Origin: Chiloscyllium plagiosum | Taxonomy: Eukaryota | Length of the DNA stretch: 42,566 nucleotides | Assembly (NCBI RefSeq): GCF_004010195.1 | Contig: NC_057719.1 | Coordinates: 6,093,831 to 6,136,396 of the forward strand | Direction: 5' to 3' | In this document: one piece after another, positions 1-10,690 of the stretch | Numbering within the stretch: the stretch's first letter is position 1 | Layout of the letters: each line of letters begins with the position of its first letter | Position numbers and translations under genes: made by a program | Notes under the pieces: model-generated | Told to the model about the DNA's origin: nothing | Database searches by the model: none | The model's input: the letters and a program-made list of their open reading frames with translations, nothing else

Positions 1-702
1 TAAATACTGAAGAAAAATACTCATTCAAGACCCCACCTATCTCTTCTGGCTCAATACACAGTCTCCCACTACTGTCCTTGATTGGACCTACTCTCGTTCT
101 CGTCATTGTCATGTTTCTCACATACGCATAAAATTCCTTTGGGTTATCCTTGATCCTATCCGCCAGAGATTTTTCATGCCCTCTCTTGGCTCTCCTAATC
201 CCTTTTTTCAGGTCCCTTCTGGCTATCCTGTATCCCTCCACTGCTCTGTCTGAACCCTGTTTCCTCAACCTTATGTAAGCCTCTTTCTTCCTCTTTACAA
301 GACATTCAACCTCCCTCGTCAACCAAGGTTCCCTCACACGACCATTTCTTTCCTGCCTGACCGGTACATACATATCAAGGACACGTCGTATCTGTTCCTT
401 GAAAAAGTTCCACATTTCCACGACATCCTTCCCTGACAGCCTATGCTTCCCCTTTATGCTTCTCAGATCCTGTCTTACAGCATCGTATTTACCCTTCCCC
501 CAATTGTAAAACCTACCCTGTTGCACGCACCTATCTCTCTCCATAACCAAGGTGAAAGTCACAGAATTGTGGTCACCATCACCAAAATGCTCACCCCCTC
601 CTTTTTTACCACCCTCCCTAATCTTACTGAAACATCTGTAACCAGGAACCTCCAACAACCATTCCTGTCCCTCTTCTATCCACGTTTCCGTGATGGCCAC
701 AT
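1..702 (-). mobile_element. CR1-clade LINE ORF2 fragment (APE endonuclease N-terminus and linker) with internal deletion
   Basis: Minus translation VAITETWIEEGQEWLLEVPGYRCFSKIREGGKKGGG|EHFGDGDHNS...IRRAKRGHEKSLADRIKDNPKEFYAYV...VLNEYFSSVF is typical CR1 ORF2; runs off the window start. Confidence 0.9.
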
Positions 703-829
703 CTAGTTATCTAGTTATCCGATCTCTCTGTTACTAATTAGTTGAACAATTCACTCATTTATCTCCCCTACACTTTGTACAGTAACAATTTATAAGGTAC
801 CTTTGGGAAATCCTCCCCCTGCATCAGCA

Positions 830-1080
830 GGAGTATTTTACATTGATGTCACACATCATAAAACATTTCAAGATGCTTCAGTCAAGAATAATCAGACAGC
901 TCACTACGTGTTGGGTTGGGATAGAATCCAAACAGTGTGGAAACAGGCCATTCGGCCCATTTAAGAGGAGAGGATCTTACAGGAATAAGGGGGGGGGTGG
1001 AGTGAAGATTTGAAAGGTTTTAAAAATGAGGATGAGAATTAAATAGTGTGGTGTTGCTGGACTAGGCCTGATGAGTAAAT
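830..1080 (-). mobile_element. highly decayed L2-like LINE 3' fragment with a short HE1/HER1 tail piece (~930-960)
   Basis: Weak resemblance to shark L2 3' ends; GTGTGGAAACAGGCCATTCGGCCCA matches the HE1 tail seen at ~3410. Confidence 0.35.
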
Positions 1081-1740
1081 TAAATGGCTGGTGTACTCAA
1101 TATGCAGAACCCTTGTGATTGATACCTAATGATGTATTTACCTGATATATCAGGGTTCCCTTTAATAACTGAGGGAACTGAAAAGGCTGGGATTGTGTTT
1201 TGTAGGTCCTTTCCATATTCATGAAAACAATATAGTTCTTTCTCCCTTCCCCCCTCCCTTCCATTCTGTAGCGTTCAAAAACTGACAGGATACTTTCCAC
1301 ACAATAACATGACAGACATTGTTACACTAATTAACCCTTCAGTTGTGGATATCAGGTTGACGTGCTTAGAATATATCATCTCATCTCAGAGCATCATTGC
1401 ATTCTGAGCAGATGGGCGATCTTTAGAAGTCTAGACAGTAGAAATGTTCAGACTTGCTAGTGATAAGGCAGCTTGGACCTTACATGGTGTGTGTGCTTGA
1501 CTTGACAATGTCGGTGTCACATTGTGATTGCTGCTGTAAAACAGGATATTGTTGATGAGCTGAAGGTCAATGTGAGCAGAATACAAGGTGCTGTACACCC
1601 TGAGAGATAGCCATGAGGTGTTCTGCAGTAGGGGATAAACCATAGACAAGGGCCAAATCCCATTAGCTGGGATCTAGGCACCAGAAACAACAACAGCAAA
1701 AACAGCCCTATCACCTCTGCAAAATCCTCCTCACTAACAT

Positions 1741-2168
1741 AGAGTCATACAACACAGAAATAGACCCTTCGATCCAACTGGTTGGCATGGATGAGTTAGA
1801 TCAAAGGGTCTGTTTCCATGCTGTACATCTCTATGATTCTATGGCTCTAACTCATTTGCGCTGATCAGGCGTCCCAATCCCAATCCCAAATCCCAATCCC
1901 ATTTGCCAGCATTTGGCCTATATCCCTCTAAATCCTTCCTATTCATATACCCATCCAGATGTCTTTTAAATGTTATAATTGTACCGTCCTCTGGCAGCTC
2001 ATTCCATACACACACCACCCTTTGTATGAAAAAGTTACCCCTCAGGTCCTTTTCCAATCTTGGGCCTCTCACGTTAAACCTATACCCTCTAGTTTTGGAC
2101 TCCTCTACCTTGGGGAAAAGACCTTGAATATTTACCCTATCCTTGCCCCTCCTAATTTTATAAATCTT
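1741..2168 (-). mobile_element. 5'-truncated CR1/HER1 LINE 3' end inserted into the older LINE
   Basis: Minus translation GLFPKVEESKTRGYRFNVRG..DLRGNFFIQRVVCVWNELPE..FKRHLDGYMNRK plus the HER1 3' tail; the host frame breaks at ACTAACAT (1740) and resumes at ~2170. Confidence 0.9.
1780..1848 (+). mobile_element. short HER1 3'-tail insertion in opposite orientation
   Basis: GGGTCTGTTTCCATGCTGTACATCTCTATGATTCTATGGCTCT tail, flanked by AACT at 1776-1779 and 1849-1852. Confidence 0.7.
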
Positions 2169-2337
2169 TATATTCGGGGGCTTGTGGCAAATGTAGGAGA
2201 GTGGTCTCCCAGATTGGCCAAGCAAAGCCATGGTCACACACACAGAATCATACCTGACTCGCAATATCCCAGACACCATCATCCCCATCCCTGGATATAT
2301 CCTGCCGCTCTGACAGGACCCATCCACTCGAGGTGGA

Positions 2338-2400
2338 ATATTGCTGTTCCAGCAATAAAGTTTCAACTTTGATCTCCAGCATCTGCAGAACTCACTTTCT
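2338..2400. mobile_element. short Penelope-terminus-derived insert
   Basis: TGATCTCCAGCATCTGCAGAACTCACTTTCTCC is the reverse complement of the left end of the element at 13286; it interrupts the host LINE. Confidence 0.65.
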
Positions 2401-3390
2401 CCACAGTGGAATACAGTCAGGAGGAAATTGCTGTGGAACATTTAGCATTGACTCCGGACTCCATGAAGTGTCATGACATCAGGTTAAACATGGGCAAGGA
2501 AACCTCCTGTTGGTTTCCACACACCATTCTCCTTCAGTTGATGAATCACTATTCCTCCATGCTGAACACTTGGAGGAAGCACTGAGGGGAGCAAGAGCAC
2601 AAAATGTACTCTTGGAGGGGGATTTCAACATATAGCACCAAGAGTGGCCCAGCGGCAGCACTACTGACTGGCTATGTCCAAACTGACAAAGCTGCTGCAA
2701 TGGGTCTGTGGCAGGGGGTAGAAGACCCAGTAAGAGGGAAAAAAAAACCCTACCCAACCTCATCCCCACCAATCTATCTGTAGCTGGTGCATCTGTCCAT
2801 GAGAATATAGATAGGACAGACCATCATGTAGTCCTTGTAAAGATAAAGTCCTGCCATTACACTGAGAGTACCCTCCATCTCACTGTGTGGCACTACCATT
2901 ATGCTAAGTAGGGTAGACTCAGATGTGCAGCTCAAAACTGAACCTCCGTGAGGGGCTGTGGGACATCAGGAGAGTAGAACTATACTCAACCACAATCTGT
3001 AACTTCAAGGTCCAATATTTTCCTCAGTCTACCATTAGACCAACCCTGGTTCAATGAAGAGTGCAGGGCATCACCAGGTATATTTAAAAATGAGATGTCA
3101 TACTGGTGTAGCTACAAAACACGGAAGCCAAACAGCATTAAAAGTGAGTAATAAGCAGAGCTAGGCAAGCCCACAACTAGCAGATCAGATTGAAACTTGT
3201 GCAAACCTGCCACATCCAGACTACCAGTCATAAACTCACAGGCCGCACAAATATCCCCATCCTCAATGATGGAGGAGCCCAGCACATCAGCGCAAGAGAC
3301 AAGTCTGAATTTAGAGTCATAAGGACTTATAGCACGGAAACAGGCTTTTTGGTCCAACTTGTCCATGCCGAACAGATATCCTAACTTAAT

Positions 3391-3691
3391 TAGATTAGAT
3401 TCCCCACAGCGTGGAAACAGGCCATTTGGCCCAACAAGTCCACACCAACCCTCCGCAGAGTAACCCACCCAGATCCATTTCCCTCTGACTAATGCACCTA
3501 ACACTATGGGCAATTTCCCATGGCCAATTCACCTGATCTGCACATCTTTGGACTGTGGGAGAAAACCAGAGTATCCGGAGGAAACCCACACAGACACGGA
3601 GAGAATGTGCAAACTCCACACAGAAAATCACCTTTTGGCTCCCTGGGTGCTGTGAGGCAGCAGTGCTAACCACTGAGCCACTGTGCCACCC
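3391..3691 (-). mobile_element. HE1 (V-SINE) tRNA-derived SINE lacking its B box
   Basis: Head GGGTGGCACAGTGGCTCAGTGGTTAGCACTGCTGCCTCACAGC, V-domain TGTGTGGAGTTTGCACATTCTC, (AATCT)n tail; GGTTCGATTCC, present in the 11801 copy, is absent. Confidence 0.92.
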
Positions 3692-3807
3692 TAAACTTTG
3701 CAACAAATCAAAAGTAGCCAGAAAGAAGAATTTAAGCAACAAAACCCATGGAAAATGCCCTCTGGTAGGATGTAAAACCCATGCATCTGGCCTTGCGTCA
3801 ATCACCA

Positions 3808-3879
3808 TGAGCCTGACATGAATTGAACATGCAACCTTCTGATGTAGGGTCAGACATGCTACTGTTGTGCCACAAGCAC
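3808..3879 (-). pseudogene. tRNA-Trp-derived pseudogene (anticodon position now CTA)
   Basis: Minus strand GTGCTTGTGGCACAACAGTAGCATGTCTGACCCTACATCAGAAGGTTGCATGTTCAATTCATGTCAGGCTCA (72 nt) aligns without gaps to vertebrate tRNA-Trp(CCA) as recalled (about 57/72); about half the differences are CpG transitions. Confidence 0.85.
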
Positions 3880-3899
3880 CAGCTCTAGTTCCTCTGGCC

Positions 3900-6180
3900 A
3901 GCACCCAACCCACATCCATCCAAACCCTTCCTATTCATATACCCATCCAGATGCCTTTTAAATCTTGCATTTCTACTAGCCTCCACCACATCCTCTGGCA
4001 GCTCATTCCGTACATGTACCACCCTCTGCGTGAAAAAGATGCCCTTTAGGTCTCTTTTATGTCTTTCCCCTCTCACCCTAAACCTATGCCCTTTACTTCT
4101 GGACTCCCCAACTCCAGGGAAAAGACTTTGTCTATTTATCCTATCCATGCCCCTCATGATTTTATAAACCTCTATAAGGTCATCCCTCAGCTTCCAACGC
4201 TCCAGGGAAAACAGCCCCAGCCTGTTCAGCATCTCCCTATAGCTCAAATCCTCCNNNNNNNNNNNNNNNNNNNNNNNNNNNNNNNNNNNNNNNNNNNNNN
4301 NNNNNNNNNNNNNNNNNNNNNNNNNNNNNNNNNNNNNNNNNNNNNNNNNNNNNNNNNNNNNNNNNNNNNNNNNNNNNNNNNNNNNNNNNNNNNNNNNNNN
4401 NNNNNNNNNNNNNNNNNNNNNNNNNNNNNNNNNNNNNNNNNNNNNNNNNNNNNNNNNNNNNNNNNNNNNNNNNNNNGCTCGCATCCAAATCATTTATGTA
4501 AATGACAAAAAGTAGTGGACCCAGCACCAATCCTTATGGCACTCCACTGGTCACAGGCCTCCAGTCTGTAAAACAACCCTCCACCGTCACCCTCTGTCTT
4601 CTACCTTTGAGCGAGTTAAGTATCCAAATGGCTAGTTCTCCCTGTATTCCGTGAGATCTAACTTTGCTAATCAGTCTCCCATGGGGAACCTTGTCGAACG
4701 CCTTACTGAAGTCCATATAGGAAGAGCATAGCAGTTCAGCATCCAAGGAACTTCGAAATCAACGTTTCGGGCAAAAGCCGATTTCGAAGCTCCTTGGATG
4801 CTGCCTGAATTGCTGTGCTTTTCCAGCACCACTGATCCAGAATCTGGTTTCCAGCATCTGCAGTCATTGTTTTTACGTTGAAGTCCATATAGATCACATC
4901 TACTGCTCTGCCCTCGTCAATCGTCTTTGTTACTTCTTCACAAAACTGAATCAAGTTTGTGAGACATGATTTCCCACACACAAAGCCATGTTGACTATCC
5001 CGGATTAGTCCTTGCCTTTCCAAATACATGTACATCCTGTCCCTCAGGATTCCCTCCTACAACTTGCCCACCACTGAGGTCAAGCTCACCGTCTATAGTT
5101 CCCTGGCTTGTCTTTACCGCCCTGCTTAAACAGTGGCACCACGTTTGCCAACCTCCAGTCTTCCAGCACCTCACCTATGACTATCGATGATACAAATATC
5201 TCAGCAAGGGGCCCAGCAATCACTTCTCTGGCTTCCCACAGAGTTCTCGGGTACACCTGATCAGGTCCTGGGGATTTATCCAGCTTTATACATTTCAGGA
5301 CATCCAGCACTTCCTCCACTGTAATATGGACATTTTTCAAGATGTCACCATCTATTTCCCTCTATTCTATATCTTCCATACCCTTTTCCACAGTAAATAC
5401 TGATGCAAAATATTCATTTAGTATCTCCCCCAGTTTCCGTGGATCCACACAAAGGCCGCATTGCTGATTCTCTCCCGAGTTACCCTTTAGTCTTTAAAGT
5501 ATTTGCAAAAACTCTTTGGATTCTCCTTAACTCTATTTGCCAATGCTATCTCATCTCCCCTTTTTGCCCTCCTGATTTCCCTCTTAAGTATACTCCTACT
5601 GCCTTTATACTCTTCTAAGGTTTCACTCGATCTATCCTGTGTATACCTGACATATGCTTCCTTTTTCTTAACCAAACCCTCAGTTTCTTTAGTCATTCAG
5701 CATTCCCTAAACCTACCAGCCTTCCCTTTCACCCTGACAGGAATATACGTTCTCTGGATTCTCGTTATCTCATTTCTGAAGACTTCCCCTTTTCCAGCCG
5801 TCCCTTTACCTGCGAACATCTGCACCCAATCAGCTTTCCAAAGTTCTTGCCTAATACCGTCAAAATTGGCCTTCCTCCAATTTAGAACTTCAACTTTTAG
5901 ATCAGGTCTATCCTTTTCCATCACTATTTTATATCTAATAGAATTATGGTCGCTGGCCCCAAAGTGCTCTCCTACTGACACCTCAGTCACCTGCCCTGCC
6001 TTATTTCCCAAGAGTAGGTCAAGTTTTGCACCTTCTCTAGTAGGTACATCCACATACTGAATCAGAAAATTGTCTTGTACACACTTAACAAATTCCTCTC
6101 CATCTAAACCTTGAACACTATGGCAGTCCCAGTCGATGTTTGGAAAGTTAAAATCCCCTACCATAACCATCCTATTATTC
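3900..6180 (-). pseudogene. CR1/HER1 ORF2 (APE endonuclease + reverse transcriptase), disrupted
   Basis: VGDFNFPNIDW, PTREGAKLDLLL, SDHNSI, KSPGPDQVYPR, QHGFVCGKSCLTNL, YMDFSKAFDKVPH, SGVP..VLGPLLFVIYINDL, FFTQRVVHVRNELP; has stops, gaps and an insertion. Confidence 0.92.
4721..4878. mobile_element. fold-back Penelope-derived non-autonomous element with 14-bp TSD
   Basis: TGAAGTCCATATAG at 4707-4720 and 4879-4892; inverted arms CAGCATCCAAGGAACTTCGAAATC / GATTTCGAAGCTCCTTGGATGCTG; splits the RT YMDF motif. Confidence 0.85.
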
Positions 6181-6753
6181 NNNNNNNNNNNNNNNNNNNN
6201 NNNNNNNNNNNNNNNNNNNNNNNNNNNNNNNNNNNNNNNNNNNNNNNNNNNNNNNNNNNNNNNNNNNNNNNNNNNNNNNNNNNNNNNNNNNNNNNNNNNN
6301 NNNNNNNNNNNNNNNNNNNNNNNNNNNNNNNNNNNNNNNNNNNNNNNNNNNNNNNNNNNNNNNNNNNNNNNNNNNNNNNNNNNNNNNNNNNNNNNNNNNN
6401 NNNNNNNNNNNNNNNNNNNNNNNNNNNNNNNNNNNNNNNNNNNNNNNNNNNNNNNNNNNNNNNNNNNNNNNNNNNNNNNNNNNNNNNNNNNNNNNNNNNN
6501 NNNNNNNNNNNNNNNNNNNNNNNNNNNNNNNNNNNNNNNNNNNNNNNNNNNNNNNNNNNNNNNNNNNNNNNNNNNNNNNNNNNNNNNNNNNNNNNNNNNN
6601 NNNNNNNNNNNNNNNNNNNNNNNNNNNNNNNNNNNNNNNNNNNNNNNNNNNNNNNNNNNNNNNNNNNNNNNNNNNNNNNNNNNNNNNNNNNNNNNNNNNN
6701 NNNNNNNNNNNNNNNNNNNNNNNNNNNNNNNNNNNNNNNNNNNNNNNNNNNNN

Positions 6754-7381
6754 TCTCAACCTTTTCCCTTACAATGTCATTGGTTCCAGTGTGTACAATG
6801 ACCTCCTGCTGGCCCCTCTCCCCCGTGAGAACATTCTGCACCCTCTCTGAGACATCCTTGATCCTGGCACCAGGGAAACAACACACCATTCTGCTTTTTC
6901 ACTGCTGGCTTCAGAAACACCTGTCTGTACCTTAGACTAGAGAATCCCCTAATATAATTGATCATTTGGAACCCAGTGTTCCCCTCATTACGTTAGAGCC
7001 AGTCTTGATACCAGAAACTTAGCTGTTCGTACTACATTCCCCTGAGTCCATCACCCCCTATATTTTTCAAAACAACGTATTTGTTTGAAATGGGGATAGA
7101 AGACTCCTGAATGACTTGTCTACCTCTCCTACCTTTCCTGGAGTTAACCCATTTTCCTGACTTTATCTGCAGCTTTTCACCCTTCCTATAACTGCCATCT
7201 ATCATATCCCCAGCTCTTGTAAATTCCTCATTGCCTCTAACTGTCACTCCAACCAATCCATTCAATCTGACAGGATTCACAACCAACAACATTTATTGCA
7301 GATATAATCCTCAGTAACCCTTAAGCTCTCCCGAAACTCCCACATCTGACAAGAAGAGCATATCACTCGACTAAAGGCCAT
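6754..7381 (-). pseudogene. CR1 ORF1 (N-terminal CxxC..CxxC zinc-finger/leucine zipper and SGNH esterase domain), disrupted
   Basis: ATG at 7381: MAFSRVICSSCQMWEF..DYICNKC, then TGA stops; VCCFPGARIKDVSERV..VIVHTGTND is the CR1 ORF1 esterase motif. Confidence 0.85.
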
Positions 7382-8019
7382 TTTGCTCCTTCTAATCTAC
7401 AGACCCAGAAAATAACACCATCTTATTCTTCTATAAAACACTGCTCCAGGCTAACTTAATACTTATGGTTTATATTTTTCAAATTTAATCAAGAGACAGA
7501 TCCCTATAAAAACATATAATCAAGAAAGAATCCACTCTACTCACTATTGTAGATTTATTGCAAGGCTCTACTTAAAACTATTTACTTATCTGTTTCTGTG
7601 CTGTGACCTCTCCCAAACAGGTTCCTCCAAGAACAGTTGTGAATTTTGCTGTTTGTTAAATTTTCCTAGAGACACCCTGATGTCCAGCAAACACGCATTC
7701 AAACAGCAAAGGCAGTAACTGTGCAGATTCACTCCTGTGTCAGTTAGCAGTGTGGGTTTCTTTCTCTCTCTCCCTCACAGACCATGTGCTTGCTGCCTTC
7801 GTCTGTCTTTCTCCCTTTTAAAACTGATGTTGTTTTAACTTTTTTTTCAAATTTCCAAAACAATTGCAACTGCGTATAAAACAGTAATTGCTGCTCCTGG
7901 AATTCGAGGAAATGACCTCCAACGCCTAAAATACCTCAAAAAATGGGCAGCTTGTTACAGCCAGAAATTTTTCCCGTCCTCCATCTTGAATTACCCAGAA
8001 TCCTATAATCTCAGTCGTA

Positions 8020-9866
8020 GGCCGGTTGACCAAAAATATTAAAACAGATAGAAAGCTTTCTACAGATATTTGAAAAAAGAACAGAGTTAACAAAGTTAGT
8101 GTTGGTTCTATAGAAAATGAGCCTGGGGAATTATTAATAGAAGATAAAGAGACAGTTGAATGGAACAGATATTTTGTGTCCATCCATAGGGGATACATGT
8201 CACATCCAGGAAATAGCTGTAAATCAGGAATTGAAAAGGAGGGAGGAACTCAAGAAAATGACAATTCCCAGGCAAGTAGCACTGAGTAAATGGTTGGAAG
8301 TGCAAATAGACAAATTCTGATAGATTTCATCCTAGGATCTTAAAGAAGCAGCTAATGAAATAAGTGATCTGCTGGTTTTAATTTTTCAAAACTCATTCGA
8401 TTGGGATATAGCGAACATAACTCCTTTGTTCAAAAAGGGAAGGACAGAGAAAGCAGGACATTACAGATTAATTAATTTAACACCTGTCATAGGGAAGATG
8501 TTAGAAGCTGTTATTAAAGATGTTATAACAGGGCACTTCGACAAATTTGAGCTGGTTTTGTCAAAGAGAAATGATGTGTAACTAATGTATTCTTTGAAGA
8601 AGTAACCCATAAACAAAAGGGAGGCAGTGAATGTATTGCACCTCAATTTTCACAGGGCATTTGATAAGATCCATATCAAAGGTTACTGTGGAAAGTAAAA
8701 GCCTATTGATGTAGATGAAAGTTTGGCTGGGGCCAACAGGAAACAGAGAGTTGGTGTAAGTGGGCCTTGTTCAGTGATGTCCCACAATGGTCAGTGTCGG
8801 GGCCTTAAGTCTTCACTACTTATGTAAATGATTTTGATGAAGAGACCAAAGAGGTGGTAGCTAAACTTGCTAATGACACAAAGATAAGAAGGAAAGTGAG
8901 TTATGAAGAGAATCTAAGGAGGTTACAAAGGGATATAGATAGATTGAGTGAGTAGGGAATGATCTGGCAAATGGAGTATAATGTGGGGAAGTGTGAAATT
9001 ATCCATTTTGATGGAAAGAATGAAAAAGCATTTGATCTAAATGGTGAGCAGTTGCAGAGCTCTGAGATGCAGAGGGATCTGGGTGTGCTAGTGCATGAAT
9101 CACAGCAGGTTAGTCTGCAGGAACAGCAAGTAATCAGGGGAACTGATAGAATGTTATTGTTCATTGTGAGGAAAACTGAAAGTGAGATAGGGAGGTTATG
9201 TTTGGTTATACAGGGCATTGGTGAGACCACATCTGGAACAGTGTGCACAGTACTGGTCACCATGTTAATGCATTGGAAGCAGTTCAGAGAAGGTTTACTA
9301 GATTAATCCCTGGAATGGGCAGATTACCTTCTGAGGAAAGGTGAGGCTAGTATCCTCTGGAATTTAGAAGAGTCAGAAATGTACAGTCCTGAGGGGACTT
9401 AAGACCATAAGACCATAAGACATAGGTGTGATAGTAAGGCCATTCGGTCCATCGAGTCCACTCTGCCATTCAATCATGGCTGATAGGCATTTCAACTCCA
9501 CTTACCCGCATTCTCCCCGTATCCCTTAATTCCTTGCGAGATCAAGAATTTATCAATCCCTGCCTTGAAGACATTTAATGTCCCGGCCTCCACTGCGCTC
9601 CTTTCAGACGGTGATGAGAAAACATGGTTTTCTCTCTCAGAGGGTTGTGAGTCTTTGGAATTCCCTTCCTCAAAAGGCAGTGGATGCAGAATCTTTCAAT
9701 GTTTTGAAGGCAGAAGTAGATAGATTTTTGATGACCAAGGGGATAAAGGATGATCAGAGATATACAGGAATGTAGAGGTGAAGCTAAAGTCAGATCCGCC
9801 ATGACCTTATAGAGCAGACTCGAAGGGCCAGATGGCCTATTCTTGCTCCTCGTTCGGATGTTTGTA
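8020..9866 (+). mobile_element. old decayed CR1 LINE (ORF2 RT region to 3' tail)
   Basis: WQMEYNVGKCEIIHF, RDLGVLVHES, FLSQRVVSLWNSLPQKAVDAES..KAEVDRFL; tail GGGCCAGATGGCCTATTCTTGCTCCT; many frameshifts. Confidence 0.88.
9399..9600 (-). mobile_element. CR1 3'-end fragment nested in opposite orientation
   Basis: (TAAGACCA)n tail followed by AGGCCATTCGGTCCATCGAGTCC, the reverse complement of a CR1 3'UTR. Confidence 0.8.
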
Positions 9867-9904
9867 CACTTGTTCTTTTCAGCTGTAACGATTTTGGATT
9901 TGGC

Positions 9905-10455
9905 ATTGGAACACGGGAAATAGGTACAGGAATAGGCCAATCAGCTCCTTGAACCTGCCCCACCATTCAATTAGATCATGACTGACCTTCTATTTCTTAT
10001 CCATGTTCCCATGCTATCCCCATACCCTTTGAAATCCTTACAATCTAGAAAGCTATCAATCTCAGGCTCGGACATACTCAGTGGCTGAACCTCCCCCAAT
10101 CCTCTAGGGTAGAGAATTCCAGAGATTCACCAGCCTCTAAGTGAAGTACCAGAATTCCTCTTCAACTCTGCCCAACAATTCAACACTGCCTCTCATTCTG
10201 AGACCGTGTCCCTGATTCTCACCCACACTCAGTGAGGGGAGCAAACCTTTCTGCTTCTCCCATTTCAAGCCCTGACGGAATGTTCCAGATTTCCATGAGA
10301 TCACCTCTCATCATCCAAACTCTAGAGTGTACAATCTCCTCAATCTCTCCTCAGAACAACCCTGCCACCTGAGGAAGCAGTCTGATCACTCTATCGACAG
10401 CAAGCGCATCCTTCCTCAGGCAAAGAGAAGAGAACTGTACATAATACACACTGTG
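9905..10455 (-). mobile_element. decayed CR1 3' fragment
   Basis: AGGAATAGGCCAATCAGCTCCTTGAACCTG tail and AGAGAATTCCAGAGATTCAC (reverse of the VNLWNSLP motif). Confidence 0.75.
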
Positions 10456-10491
10456 GGGTCTATAGCATGACAGCTACAGACCCCACGGTGT

Positions 10492-10690
10492 AATGGCAAC
10501 CACTATTGAATGGCATTAAAGCCCATCTGGTTCACTAATGTCCTTCAGGAAAGGAATCTGCCATCCAAACCTGGTCTGGCCTACATGTGACTCTAGACCC
10601 ACAACAATGTGGTTAACTAGTAGCTGCCTTCTGGGCAATTAGGGATGGGTGATAAATTCTGGCCCACATCCCATGAACAAGAATTAAACA
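10492..10690 (+). mobile_element. 3' half of a shark SINE with LINE-derived tail
   Basis: GGTTCACTAATGTCCTTCAGGAAAGGAATCTGCC...GGGCAATTAGGGATGGGTGATAAAT; the tail matches the LINE end at 15841-15900. Confidence 0.7.

Larger units (their letters stand above)
1340..3305 (+). mobile_element. decayed APE-type LINE (CR1/L2 group, distinct from HER1), 5' part of ORF2, interrupted by younger inserts
   Basis: Frameshifted endonuclease motifs: LLTNI|RGL, TESYL..IPDTIIPIPGY, LEEALRGARAQNVLLEGDFN, NLIPTNL..DRTDHHVVLV, TVWHYHYAK, QPWFNEECR. 5' boundary approximate. Confidence 0.75.
3313..8004 (-). mobile_element. near full-length CR1/HER1 LINE (5'UTR, ORF1, ORF2, 3' tail), decayed, with two N gaps and nested inserts
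   Basis: Colinear ORF1 (7381-6754), ORF2 endonuclease/RT pieces (6180-3900) and 3' tail (3313-3390 plus 3885 onward); 5' end near GGATTCTGGGTAATTCAAGATGGAGG. Confidence 0.92.

Noticed and set aside
6111..6935. Long ORFs of 194-274 aa
   Set aside because: Their length comes from the N gap at 6181-6753; only the minus-strand CR1 ORF1 piece is meaningful.
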